A DNA stretch of 64,000 nucleotides, taken from the NCBI GenBank assembly GCA_963747405.1, contig CAVVFG010000011.1, positions 5,018-69,017 on the forward strand, in the 5' to 3' direction. Both the position numbers and the translations under genes were made by a program. The DNA comes from an uncultured Actinomycetota bacterium (GTDB taxonomy: Bacteria; Actinomycetota; Actinomycetes; Actinomycetales; Dermatophilaceae). Of this stretch, positions 55,066-63,356 are shown in pieces. Under the pieces are notes generated by a model. The model was not told the origin of the DNA and did no database searches. It saw nothing but the letters and a program-made list of their open reading frames with translations. Each line of letters starts with the position of its first letter. Position 1 is the first letter of the stretch.

Positions 55066-57740
55066 GTGACCGGGGCGGGGGTGCTGTACGTCGCCTGCTG
55101 GTGGTCCTTGCCGTGGCACGTGAGGGTGCACGAGGCGCCGGTCGCCGTCTTGGTGAAGGTGGGCACCCCGCCCATCGACCGGCTCGGCAGGACGTTCGGG
55201 CCGAAGACGACCAGGCGGTCGCCGGACAGCTTCTGGGTGGTCGGCGGCTTCGTCGTGCCGTGGTCGTCGAAGTGGCACTCCGCGCAGCGGGCGTTGCCCT
55301 GCCCGGCCCCGGGGGTGTCGATGTCGAGCCCGCCGCTGCCGGCGTCGGAGATCCCGGACGTGTGCAGGCCGTGGAACACGAAGTTCGTGCCCTCCGCCGC
55401 CGCGGGGCGCCGCTGGTTCATGAAGGGCGTCTCCATGTGGCAGGTGAGGCACAGCGCGAAGCCCGCGTTGTCGTAGAACCGCCCGGATGCCGAGAGCACG
55501 CGGTTCTCGTAGGGGCGAGTGAGGATTCCGCGGTTGGTGGAGGCGTGCACGGTGCTGGTGGCGTCGGGCGCGTTGCGGGCAGGGTCGGTCGACGTGCCGG
55601 TGGTGTTGCTCGAGTGGCAGCTGACGCAGCGCACGGTGTCGCCGGTGCTGAAGTTCCACAGCTTGTAGGGGGAGGTACCGGCGAGGCTGTCCGCCAGCTT
55701 CTGCGTCTGGTTCTTCCCGGGGGCCTCGATCGGGTGGTATGAGGCGTTCGCCGGGTTGAGCGCCACGGCGAGGTCGGTGGCGCTCTGCGACGGCTTGCCG
55801 GGCACGTCCGCCGGCTGAGAGGTGAAGCCGGAGTGGCACTTGAAGCAGAGCTGGTACTCCGCGGTGACCGGTGCGACGGTGCCGTCCAGCCAGGTGTAGC
55901 CGGGGGCTGTCCCGGCCGCCCCGTTGGTGACCGCGACGCCGGAGACGTTGACCAGTGAGCCCGGGGGCGTCCAGCCCGTGGCGGTCATGGTCGGGGGCGT
56001 GTCGGTCGAGCCGTGCGGGTTGTGGCAGTCGCTGCACTGGCTGTGCCGGTCGAGCCGGCCCTCGAACTCGTTCTCGGCGTCGAGCGTGTGGCCGGTGGCG
56101 TCCGCCGTGTCGTGCGACCAGTACGAGCGCGTCGTGGGGTCGTTCGCGGGCTGGCCGAGGGTGTACTGCGCCTTCACGTCAGCGGCATCGCCGACTGCGC
56201 CGCCCGCGTGGCAGGCGTAGCACTGCTCGGTGATCGACGGCGCCTTGACCAGCGCACCGGCCTTCGCCGTGTGTGCCTGGTGGCACACGCTGCACTGTCC
56301 GCTCGTCGTCGAGGAGTAGGGGTCGTGGATCGTCGCGGGACCGTTCGGCCCGACCGGTCCGACCGTCACGACGTACGACGGGCCGGCGGTGGCGACCTCG
56401 GTCAGCATGGCCTGCGCCGTGGTGTCGGGCACGAAGGCGGCAGCCATCGTGGCGACGAGGTCGGTGGCCGCAGCGGCAGCGGCCGGCGCGGCATCCGCGA
56501 CGTCGGTGGTGCTCGTGCTCGTGAGGTTTGCGGTGACGGGGACGGTGGTGCCGCCCCTCGCGGGCTGCGAGACCAGGCGGTAGGCGGGCGGCGCAGAGCC
56601 GGCCGCGGTGGTGGCGCGGGCCGGGGCGCTGCCGCTGGGGGATCCCTGCTTCTGACCCGGGCTCTGGAGCACCGGCGGTGGGTCGGCGACCGTCACGCTC
56701 ACCGTGTCCGCTCCGGGGATCGCGGCGCCGCCGTCGGTGACCCTCAGGTCGTAGGTCGCGCCGTACGGCGCGTCGATCGAGAAGGCAGCGGTGAACTCCT
56801 GCTCGGTCACGGTGCCGGCCAGCACGGTGTACCGGGGCGCGGCCTGGACCCCACTGAGCCGGTGTCCCTCGGCCTGGGCCGCCCCGTCGGGCGCGGCGAG
56901 CCGCGCCTCGTCGGGCGTGGTGGTGGTGTTCTCGGGTGCGGTTCGGGTGCCGCCGTTGGCCTTCACCCACTCCTCCGCCGCGTGCAACGGGATGGCGGGC
57001 ACCGCCTCGTCGGGCACCACCTGGAAGGTGTTCGCGCCGGCTACCCGGTACTCGAGCCGGGGCGCCACTGCCACGTCGCCGGGGCCGCCGTTGCCGAGCT
57101 GCAGCACGATGCGGAAGGTCTGGAAGGGGAGCAGGCCGGTGAGGGGCTGTCCGGCAGGCAGGTAGGTCGGCGTGGTGCCTGGAGCACCGAGGGTGGCCAG
57201 CGCCGCCGGCCCGCCGAACAGCCCTGGTGTGATGCTGGCCGGTGCGCTGGACGGCGTCGGTGACGGCGTGGGAGCCGGTGCTGCCGCCGAGGCGGAGGGC
57301 GCCGGGACAGGGCTCGCGGCCGACGGAGTGGACGAGGGTGTGGGGAGCGGGGACGGGGTGCTGCTGCCGTCGGCGGTGGCGCCCGGGGCCGGTGTGGGGG
57401 CCGGCGTCGGTACGGGGGTGGTCTGGATGCCGGCGCTGCCCGGGGTGGGGGTCGCGCTGCTCGACGGTGTGGTCACGTCGGTGACGGCGACCCGCTGGAC
57501 CGCGGCCTGCTGGGTGGCGGCCCGCTGGGTGGCGGCCCGCCGCGCCGCGGAAGCGCTCGCCGTGCGGGGGGTGGACGTGGGGGCTGCCACGGTCGGTGCC
57601 GGGCCGGCCGACTGCAGGCCCACGGTCTGCACGACGGCGATGGTCGACGCGGTGAGGAGCACCGCGGCGGCGGCGAGGACGTGGGCCGGCCGGACGTCGA
57701 ACCGCGCGGTGCGCGGTGTCCTGCGGCGCTCCTGCGTCAT
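55035..57740 (-). CDS. Stalked octaheme cytochrome c (7 CxxCH + 1 CxxxCH)
   Basis: N-terminal signal/TM, P/T/S/A-rich linker and beta-rich domain, then CSVCH, CYACH, CSDCH, CFKCH, CVSCH, CLTCH, CAECH, CTLTCH. Confidence 0.88.
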   Translation of the reverse strand: MTQERRRTPRTARFDVRPAHVLAAAAVLLTASTIAVVQTVGLQSAGPAPTVAAPTSTPRTASASAARRAATQRAATQQAAVQRVAVTDVTTPSSSATPTPGSAGIQTTPVPTPAPTPAPGATADGSSTPSPLPTPSSTPSAASPVPAPSASAAAPAPTPSPTPSSAPASITPGLFGGPAALATLGAPGTTPTYLPAGQPLTGLLPFQTFRIVLQLGNGGPGDVAVAPRLEYRVAGANTFQVVPDEAVPAIPLHAAEEWVKANGGTRTAPENTTTTPDEARLAAPDGAAQAEGHRLSGVQAAPRYTVLAGTVTEQEFTAAFSIDAPYGATYDLRVTDGGAAIPGADTVSVTVADPPPVLQSPGQKQGSPSGSAPARATTAAGSAPPAYRLVSQPARGGTTVPVTANLTSTSTTDVADAAPAAAAAATDLVATMAAAFVPDTTAQAMLTEVATAGPSYVVTVGPVGPNGPATIHDPYSSTTSGQCSVCHQAHTAKAGALVKAPSITEQCYACHAGGAVGDAADVKAQYTLGQPANDPTTRSYWSHDTADATGHTLDAENEFEGRLDRHSQCSDCHNPHGSTDTPPTMTATGWTPPGSLVNVSGVAVTNGAAGTAPGYTWLDGTVAPVTAEYQLCFKCHSGFTSQPADVPGKPSQSATDLAVALNPANASYHPIEAPGKNQTQKLADSLAGTSPYKLWNFSTGDTVRCVSCHSSNTTGTSTDPARNAPDATSTVHASTNRGILTRPYENRVLSASGRFYDNAGFALCLTCHMETPFMNQRRPAAAEGTNFVFHGLHTSGISDAGSGGLDIDTPGAGQGNARCAECHFDDHGTTKPPTTQKLSGDRLVVFGPNVLPSRSMGGVPTFTKTATGASCTLTCHGKDHQQATYSTPAPVTSIGYVPLGG

Positions 57741-57785
57741 CGTCGGTGCTCCAGTCGCTCGTCGTTCGTTCGTCGTCCGGAGCCA

Positions 57786-57812
57786 CAGGCGGCCTGGGTG
57801 AGAGGCCGCCTG
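57786..57812 (-). terminator. Perfect 10-bp stem-loop between the hexaheme and octaheme genes
   Basis: CAGGCGGCCT (57786-57795), 7-nt loop, AGGCCGCCTG (57803-57812). No U-tract. Confidence 0.55.
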
Positions 57813-57853
57813 CAGCTCACAGACGGGTCTGGCTCGGTGTGGTGTCCGCCGGG

Positions 57854-59044
57854 TCAGACGTTGTGGCACATCACGCAGGTACCGCGGTCGTCCACACGGA
57901 GCAGACGGCTGTCGGAGCTGGTGCCGGTGCCGTTGGGCCACTCGACCTTCGAGTTCGGCATCTGGGCGTTCGTGCCGTGTGCTACGTGGCACTGGATGCA
58001 GTTGCGGTTTGCCGAGGCGTCGCCGCTGACCTGGTCGCCGGTGTGCCGGTACGAGAAGACGGCGTCACCGGAGTTCTTGCCCCACGACCCGGACGGTGCC
58101 AGGTACCGCGTGTGGCACGTGGTGCACCACGCGGCGACATTCGCCTGGAACGAGCTGACGGTCGCGGAGATCGTCTTCTGAACCGGGGTCGGGTCGGTGG
58201 TGGAGGTTCCTCCGAGGATGGTCGTCGTGCCCGTGTCGGCCACGGCGTTGGGGTCGCCGGCGATCCAGTAGTTGGTCGTCGTGTAGACCTTGTTCGCCGT
58301 GTCCTTGATGACGATCCCGGGCGTGGTGTTGCCCGGAAGGGTCGCCGTGAACCCCGAGTCGGACGGCACAGCCCGCAGGATGCGGTACTGCCCGTTGCCG
58401 TGCGGGTCGTGGCAGGCCGTGCACTCGAGCTTGGTGTTCGTCGTCGTGCTCATGTCCTTGCCGGCGTTCGCCGTGCCGGAGATGGGCCCGTTGCCCCACA
58501 TGATGCCCACGCCACCGAGGTGGTTGGACGTCGTGTCCTGCGGGGTGGCGGCGGGTGGGACCAGCTGGTTGCGGGACCGGTAGTTCGTACCGCTGAGGTA
58601 GATCTCCTTGGTCGCCGTACCCGTCCCGAGTGCTGCCTTCTCGAAGCCGCCACCCCGCAGGGCGCCGGCCACTGTGGTGCCACGGTCGACGGTCAGGGTG
58701 GTTCCGTCGGGGTACGTCGTCGTCGATGCGGCGTCGTAACCCAACCCACTCTGTACGTCGGTCGTTGCACCGGTTCCACCGTCACCGTGGCACGAGTAGC
58801 ACAGGCTTTCCTCGCTCGTGGCGTTGAGCAGGTAAGCCGCGCGAGCCGTGTGGGCCCGGTGGCACGAGGCGCAACGCCCCTGGCCGGCATCGGTGATCTT
58901 GACACCGCTGGTCGGCGTGTTCGTGGCGGTGGACACGTGTGGGCCGTTGTCGGCGTAGGCCGGCACCGCCCCGAGGAAGAACGCGGCCGCGGCCGTCGCG
59001 CCAAGCGCTACCAGCCTCGTCCGTACCTTCTTGTGCGTTCTCAT
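57854..59044 (-). CDS. Secreted hexaheme cytochrome c, OmcS/CwcA-like (putative nanowire subunit)
   Basis: Sec signal ending AYA|D; CASCHRAH, CYSCH, LECTACHDPH-YRIL, WCTTCH, CIQCHVAH, terminal CVMCHNV. Confidence 0.85.
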   Translation of the reverse strand: MRTHKKVRTRLVALGATAAAAFFLGAVPAYADNGPHVSTATNTPTSGVKITDAGQGRCASCHRAHTARAAYLLNATSEESLCYSCHGDGGTGATTDVQSGLGYDAASTTTYPDGTTLTVDRGTTVAGALRGGGFEKAALGTGTATKEIYLSGTNYRSRNQLVPPAATPQDTTSNHLGGVGIMWGNGPISGTANAGKDMSTTTNTKLECTACHDPHGNGQYRILRAVPSDSGFTATLPGNTTPGIVIKDTANKVYTTTNYWIAGDPNAVADTGTTTILGGTSTTDPTPVQKTISATVSSFQANVAAWCTTCHTRYLAPSGSWGKNSGDAVFSYRHTGDQVSGDASANRNCIQCHVAHGTNAQMPNSKVEWPNGTGTSSDSRLLRVDDRGTCVMCHNV

Positions 59045-59089
59045 TGTCGCGTTCCAATCTGAGCTGTGAAGTTGTGTACTCCTGTTGTT

Positions 59090-59145
59090 GTGCGGTGAAT
59101 TTCCTTGCGGTGAACCCGAACGGCTGGTTCGGCGACCAGGTCGCC
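59090..59145 (-). promoter_or_regulatory. Structured/repeated leader upstream of the hexaheme gene
   Basis: TGCGGTGAA twice (59091, 59106), CCGAAC/GTTCGG hairpin, GGCGACC-A-GGTCGCC palindrome (59131-59145). Confidence 0.35.
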
Positions 59146-59187
59146 GCACCTCCGTCAGGCCACTTCTGTGGGACCGGGAACCAGTCA

Positions 59188-60261
59188 TCAGTACCCCCAC
59201 ACCTCGATGCGGTTGTTCTCCCGGTCGGCGACGTAGACGCGACCACGGGTGTCCGCGGCAACGCCGTTGGGGAAGGTGAACTTGCCGTCGTCGTGCCCCT
59301 CGTCGCCGAAGGAGGCGACGTAGCCGGGGTGGTCCGTCGGCGAGGAGCCGAGCGTGAACAGCCGCACCATGTGGTCGGTGGTGTCGGCCACGAACATCCG
59401 GCCCTGGTCGTCGACCGCGAGGCCGCGGGGCAGGCCCAGGTCGCCGTCGCCGACGCCACGGGCGATGAGGGTCGACACCGTGCCGGCCCGGTCGATGGAG
59501 ACGACGCGACCGTTGTTGCTGTCGCTGACGTAGATGCCGCCGTCCGGCCTGACGACGATGGCGTTGGGGTAGTTGAGCTCGCCCTTGCCGAGCACGCTGC
59601 GCAGCGTGCCGTCGTGGGCGAACACCAGGATCCGGTGGTCGGCGGGCTTGGCGCTGAGCACGTCGGCGACGTAGACGGTGCCGTCGGGGCCGACCGCCAG
59701 GCCCAGGGGCGAGATGGTGCCGACGCCCTTGCCCTTCGGCTGGAAGGTGGAGAGGTAGGTGCCGGTCTCGTCGTAGACGTACACCTTGCCGGCTGCGCGG
59801 TCGCCGACGTAGACGTCGGCGTTGGTGGGGTCGACCGCGACGTAGACGGGCACGTGCAGCGTCTTGGGTGTGGCCGGGGGCAGCAGCTCGCCGACCTTGA
59901 CGCCGTCGCGGTCGAAGATGAACGTCGTCGGGGTGGCGCCGGACTGCGTCGCGTAGATCCGCTCCCCGTCGGGCGAGACGGCGACGCCGAGCGGGCGGAC
60001 GACGTCGTAGACCGACGTCTTGTAGGTGGGGGCGTGCGCGTCGCTGAGCCCGGGCAGCTCGGTGAGCGGCTTGCGGTTCAGCAGGTACCAGGTGAACAGG
60101 CCCACGAGGAGCACGAGCAGGGCGAACACGACGGCGAGGATGATGCGGCGGCGCTTGCGGCGGCCCTCGTCGACGGGCGGCACCGGGGCCGGCGGGGTGG
60201 GGGGCTCGGAGAGGTCGTCGAGCAGGTCGAGCAGGTCGGTGCTGGACTGGGTCTCACTCAT
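59188..60261 (-). CDS. Membrane-anchored NHL-repeat beta-propeller protein
   Basis: TM after RRKRRR; repeats PLGVAVSPDG, PVYVAVD, PLGLAVGPDG, PNAIVV, PRGLAVD, PNGVAAD. Confidence 0.9.
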   Translation of the reverse strand: MSETQSSTDLLDLLDDLSEPPTPPAPVPPVDEGRRKRRRIILAVVFALLVLLVGLFTWYLLNRKPLTELPGLSDAHAPTYKTSVYDVVRPLGVAVSPDGERIYATQSGATPTTFIFDRDGVKVGELLPPATPKTLHVPVYVAVDPTNADVYVGDRAAGKVYVYDETGTYLSTFQPKGKGVGTISPLGLAVGPDGTVYVADVLSAKPADHRILVFAHDGTLRSVLGKGELNYPNAIVVRPDGGIYVSDSNNGRVVSIDRAGTVSTLIARGVGDGDLGLPRGLAVDDQGRMFVADTTDHMVRLFTLGSSPTDHPGYVASFGDEGHDDGKFTFPNGVAADTRGRVYVADRENNRIEVWGY

Positions 60262-60273
60262 CGCAGGTCACCC

Positions 60274-61254
60274 TCACTTCTTCTTCGCCGTGGCCGGTGG
60301 TGCGAGGGGCTTGACGCCGATGGCTGCCAGCGCGCTGATGGCGGCGATGTTCTTGGGGTCCTTGGCCAGCGCCTTCTGGTACCAGGTGCCGGCGGCCTTG
60401 GTGTCGTGGCCGGTCTCGGCGATGAGTCCGAGCCCGAGCATCGCGTCGGCGGCGGCGGGGCCTGCGGTGAGAGCGGTGAGCTGGGTGCGGGCCTGGTCGA
60501 CCTTTCCGCTGCAGAAGCCGCCCATCGCCGAGGAGTAGCTCGCGAGCTCGGGCTTCTTCAGCGCGGCGTAGGCGGCCTGCATCTGCTGGTAGGGCTCGCA
60601 CCAGCCGGTCGGCACGAAGCGCAGGGCGTCGCGGAAGGTCGCGACCGCCTCGGCGTTCGCGCCCTTCTGCATCTGGGCCAGGCCCACCTGGTACATGGCG
60701 TCGGAGTCGGTCGGCTCGATCTTCAGCGCGTGGCCGAGCTGGCCGAGTGCGACGTCCGACTTGTTCTGCTTCACCGCGATGCTGCCCAGGTAGTAGTACG
60801 CCGCAGCGAGCTGGGAGTCGGCGCCGGCGAACTCACCCTTGCGGGTGGCCGTGACGATCTGGGTGAGGGATGCGGTGGCCTGGTCGAGCTGGCCCTTCGT
60901 CATCAGGGCGAAGCCCTTGCCGAGCAGCGCGTCCTTGTTGCCGGGGGCGGCCTTGAGCACCTGGTCGAACTGCTTGACCGCGTCGTCGTAGCGCGCGGCC
61001 TGCTCGTACACCTCGCCCAGCTGGAGCCGGGCCTGCAGGTCGTCGGGGTTCTTGCGCACTGCTGCCTCGGTGAGCGCGACCTGCCGCTCGACGATGGAGG
61101 GCGCGGCGGTCACGTGCTGGTCCTTGTAGTACAGGAGCCCGAAGGCGACCAGCCCGACGGCGAGGGCCGCGGCCCCGATACGCAGGAGCACGGCCATCGT
61201 GCGGTCGGACGGATCCGCCGCCGTGAGCCGGTGGGGGCTCATCGTGTGTGCCAT
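60274..61254 (-). CDS. Membrane-anchored TPR protein
   Basis: N-terminal TM; TPR signatures (ARLQLGEVYEQAARYDDA, ALLGKGFAL, AMYQVGLAQ). GAGGT RBS. Confidence 0.88.
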   Translation of the reverse strand: MAHTMSPHRLTAADPSDRTMAVLLRIGAAALAVGLVAFGLLYYKDQHVTAAPSIVERQVALTEAAVRKNPDDLQARLQLGEVYEQAARYDDAVKQFDQVLKAAPGNKDALLGKGFALMTKGQLDQATASLTQIVTATRKGEFAGADSQLAAAYYYLGSIAVKQNKSDVALGQLGHALKIEPTDSDAMYQVGLAQMQKGANAEAVATFRDALRFVPTGWCEPYQQMQAAYAALKKPELASYSSAMGGFCSGKVDQARTQLTALTAGPAAADAMLGLGLIAETGHDTKAAGTWYQKALAKDPKNIAAISALAAIGVKPLAPPATAKKK

Positions 61255-61351
61255 AGGTACCTCACCCGTTCCTTTGGCGGTGTGGCGGCATCCCTGCCGT
61301 CGGAGGACGGACCTCCTCCACGTCCATCGTGGGTGGGCGGGCCGGTGAGGC

Positions 61352-61382
61352 CTATCCGCCGCAGGGTAGATATCGGGTAGAG
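61352..61382. promoter_or_regulatory. Island operator-like motif, copy B
   Basis: CTATCCGCCGCAGGGTAGATATCGGGTAGAG in the divergent gap between the TPR gene and the kinase gene. Confidence 0.6.
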
Positions 61383-61562
61383 CCCTGGCCGCGACCCCCT
61401 CGCCGGGCACACCGGCTCGACGGGCGGGCGCGACATCGGCACCACTACACTGCGTCGTGGACAGCGCCCGGAAGGCGCCGGCAAAGGAGCGGACCGATCA
61501 ACACCAGTGGAGTGACCGGCTCGGGAGGCGCCGAGAGCGCGCACTCCCGCTCTGCCGCCACC

Positions 61563-63356
61563 ATGGCGGAGCGCCCTGGCCCCGATCCGGTCGTCGGTCC
61601 CGCTCCGCGTACCCGGCTGGTCGACCGCCGGCTGTGGGCGATCGGCATCCTGGTTCCCGTCGGGTTCGCGATCGGGCTCGAGCTGGTCCGCTGGCAGCTC
61701 GAGCAGCAGGGCGTCTGGTCGCCGGGCGTCTTCGAGATCTGGCACATCGCCGGCCTGGCCGTGGTCGTGGTCGGCATCGTGCTGTTCGCGTTGTTCATGT
61801 TCCGGCTCATCGACCAGATCGACCGGCAGGTCGTCCGCCAGAACCGCGACCTCACCGCGGCGAACGCCGTGGCGGGGGCCATCCAGGGCCAGGCGACGGT
61901 GCCGGCCATCGTCGACAGTGCCCTGACCTCGCTGCTGCGCACCTCGGGGGCCCGCCAGGCCCGCATCCGCTTCCCGGAGCCGGTCGGGTTGCCCGACAGG
62001 GACACCCACGCCCGCACGCTCACCGTTTCCGGCGCCCGGGTCGACACCGGCAGCCCCTCGCTCGAGGTGCCCATGGCACACGGTTCTGGCGTCGTCGGAC
62101 GGCTGGCTCTGTGGTACCCGGCGGGTGCCGATGTCGCCGACCGCATCGGCGGCGCCGCGCTGTCCAGCCTGACCACCCAGATCGCATGCGCCATCCAGCT
62201 GGCCGGCGCAGTGGGCGACCTGGAACGGCGCAAGCTGGAAGGACACGCCTTCTACGACATCCTCCTGCGCGTCTCGAACCAGGAGCCGACCACGCCGGTG
62301 CTCGAGGCGGTCGTTCGACATGCGGCTGCACTGCTCGGTGCGGATGCCGCCGTCGTCACGGTGTCGCCGGAGACGACCCGCACGATCCGGTTCGATTCGG
62401 GGTCGGGGGCACAGGCGCCGGCGCAGCGGCCCGACGGCGCCACCGTCGTGTCCTTCGGGCTGCCCGTCGCGCCGCCGCCGGGCGGCGGCCAGGCCACGGC
62501 CGCCGCCGACGACCGCGAGTGGGCGCACACCGCGAGCCGCGACGTCACCGGCGGGGCCGGCCACCTCGGCGAGCTGTGGGTGGCCCGCACCACTGGGGCC
62601 GAGTTCACCGACCGCGACCGCGGTTTCCTCGGCACCCTGGCGAGCCTGGCCGGCATCGCGCTGTCCGGGGCCCAGATGCGCGAGGGCGCGCGGCAGCGCG
62701 CCGTGCTCAGCGAGCGCACCCGGATCGCGCGTGAGATGCACGACAGCCTGGCCCAGGTGCTCGGGGCAGTGCACCTGCGGCTGCGGGCCCTCGAGACCGG
62801 CGTCGGAACCCTGACCGACGACGCGGTGGTGGCCGAGGTGGAGGCGCTCGCGGACGTGTGCGCCGAGGCCTACCGCGATGTGCGCGAGACCATCCTCGGG
62901 CTGCGTGACGCAAACCGGCACGCCGAACGCAGCCTCGAGGACAACCTGCGGTCCTACCTCGAGGCCTACTCCACCCAGAGCGGCATCGGCGCCCGGCTGG
63001 ACAACGAGGTCGGCCACGAGGTGGCGCTCTCGCCGAGGGCCGAGGTGCACATCATCCGGATCGTCCAGGAGGCGCTGACCAACGTGCGCAAGCACGCGGG
63101 CGCCCGCTCGGTGGTCGTCAGCATCCGCGGCGACGACACCACGACGTGCTTCGTCGTCGCCGACGACGGCGTCGGCTTCGACACCGAGGCGACGGCCGGC
63201 TCGCAGGACGGCTACGGCCTGTTCACCATGCGCGACCGGGCGGCACTGCTGGGCGGTACGGTGCAGGTCCACTCCGCACCCGGGGCCGGAACCACCGTGA
63301 CGGCCAGCGTGCCCGAGCGGCCCCATCCCTCCTTCACCACGAGGCCCACCGGATGA
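61563..63356 (+). CDS. Sensor histidine kinase (2 TM, GAF-like domains, HisKA_3, HATPase)
   Basis: ERTRIAREMHDSLAQ, RIVQEALTNVRKHA, DDGVGF, GYGLFTMRDRA. Confidence 0.92.
   Translation: MAERPGPDPVVGPAPRTRLVDRRLWAIGILVPVGFAIGLELVRWQLEQQGVWSPGVFEIWHIAGLAVVVVGIVLFALFMFRLIDQIDRQVVRQNRDLTAANAVAGAIQGQATVPAIVDSALTSLLRTSGARQARIRFPEPVGLPDRDTHARTLTVSGARVDTGSPSLEVPMAHGSGVVGRLALWYPAGADVADRIGGAALSSLTTQIACAIQLAGAVGDLERRKLEGHAFYDILLRVSNQEPTTPVLEAVVRHAAALLGADAAVVTVSPETTRTIRFDSGSGAQAPAQRPDGATVVSFGLPVAPPPGGGQATAAADDREWAHTASRDVTGGAGHLGELWVARTTGAEFTDRDRGFLGTLASLAGIALSGAQMREGARQRAVLSERTRIAREMHDSLAQVLGAVHLRLRALETGVGTLTDDAVVAEVEALADVCAEAYRDVRETILGLRDANRHAERSLEDNLRSYLEAYSTQSGIGARLDNEVGHEVALSPRAEVHIIRIVQEALTNVRKHAGARSVVVSIRGDDTTTCFVVADDGVGFDTEATAGSQDGYGLFTMRDRAALLGGTVQVHSAPGAGTTVTASVPERPHPSFTTRPTG

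Noticed and set aside
57741-57992. N-terminal extension of the octaheme ORF in the ORF track
   Set aside because: It overlaps the hexaheme gene's 3' end and the hairpin; the signal-like segment begins at ATG 57740.
59045-59187. GEMM-I (c-di-GMP/cGAMP) riboswitch like those upstream of Geobacter omcS
   Set aside because: I could not find the GGCAAACC / GAAA tetraloop / GACGCAAAGC consensus on either strand. An Infernal scan would settle it.
58939-61380. 813-aa plus-strand ORF
   Set aside because: Antisense shadow of the NHL and TPR genes.
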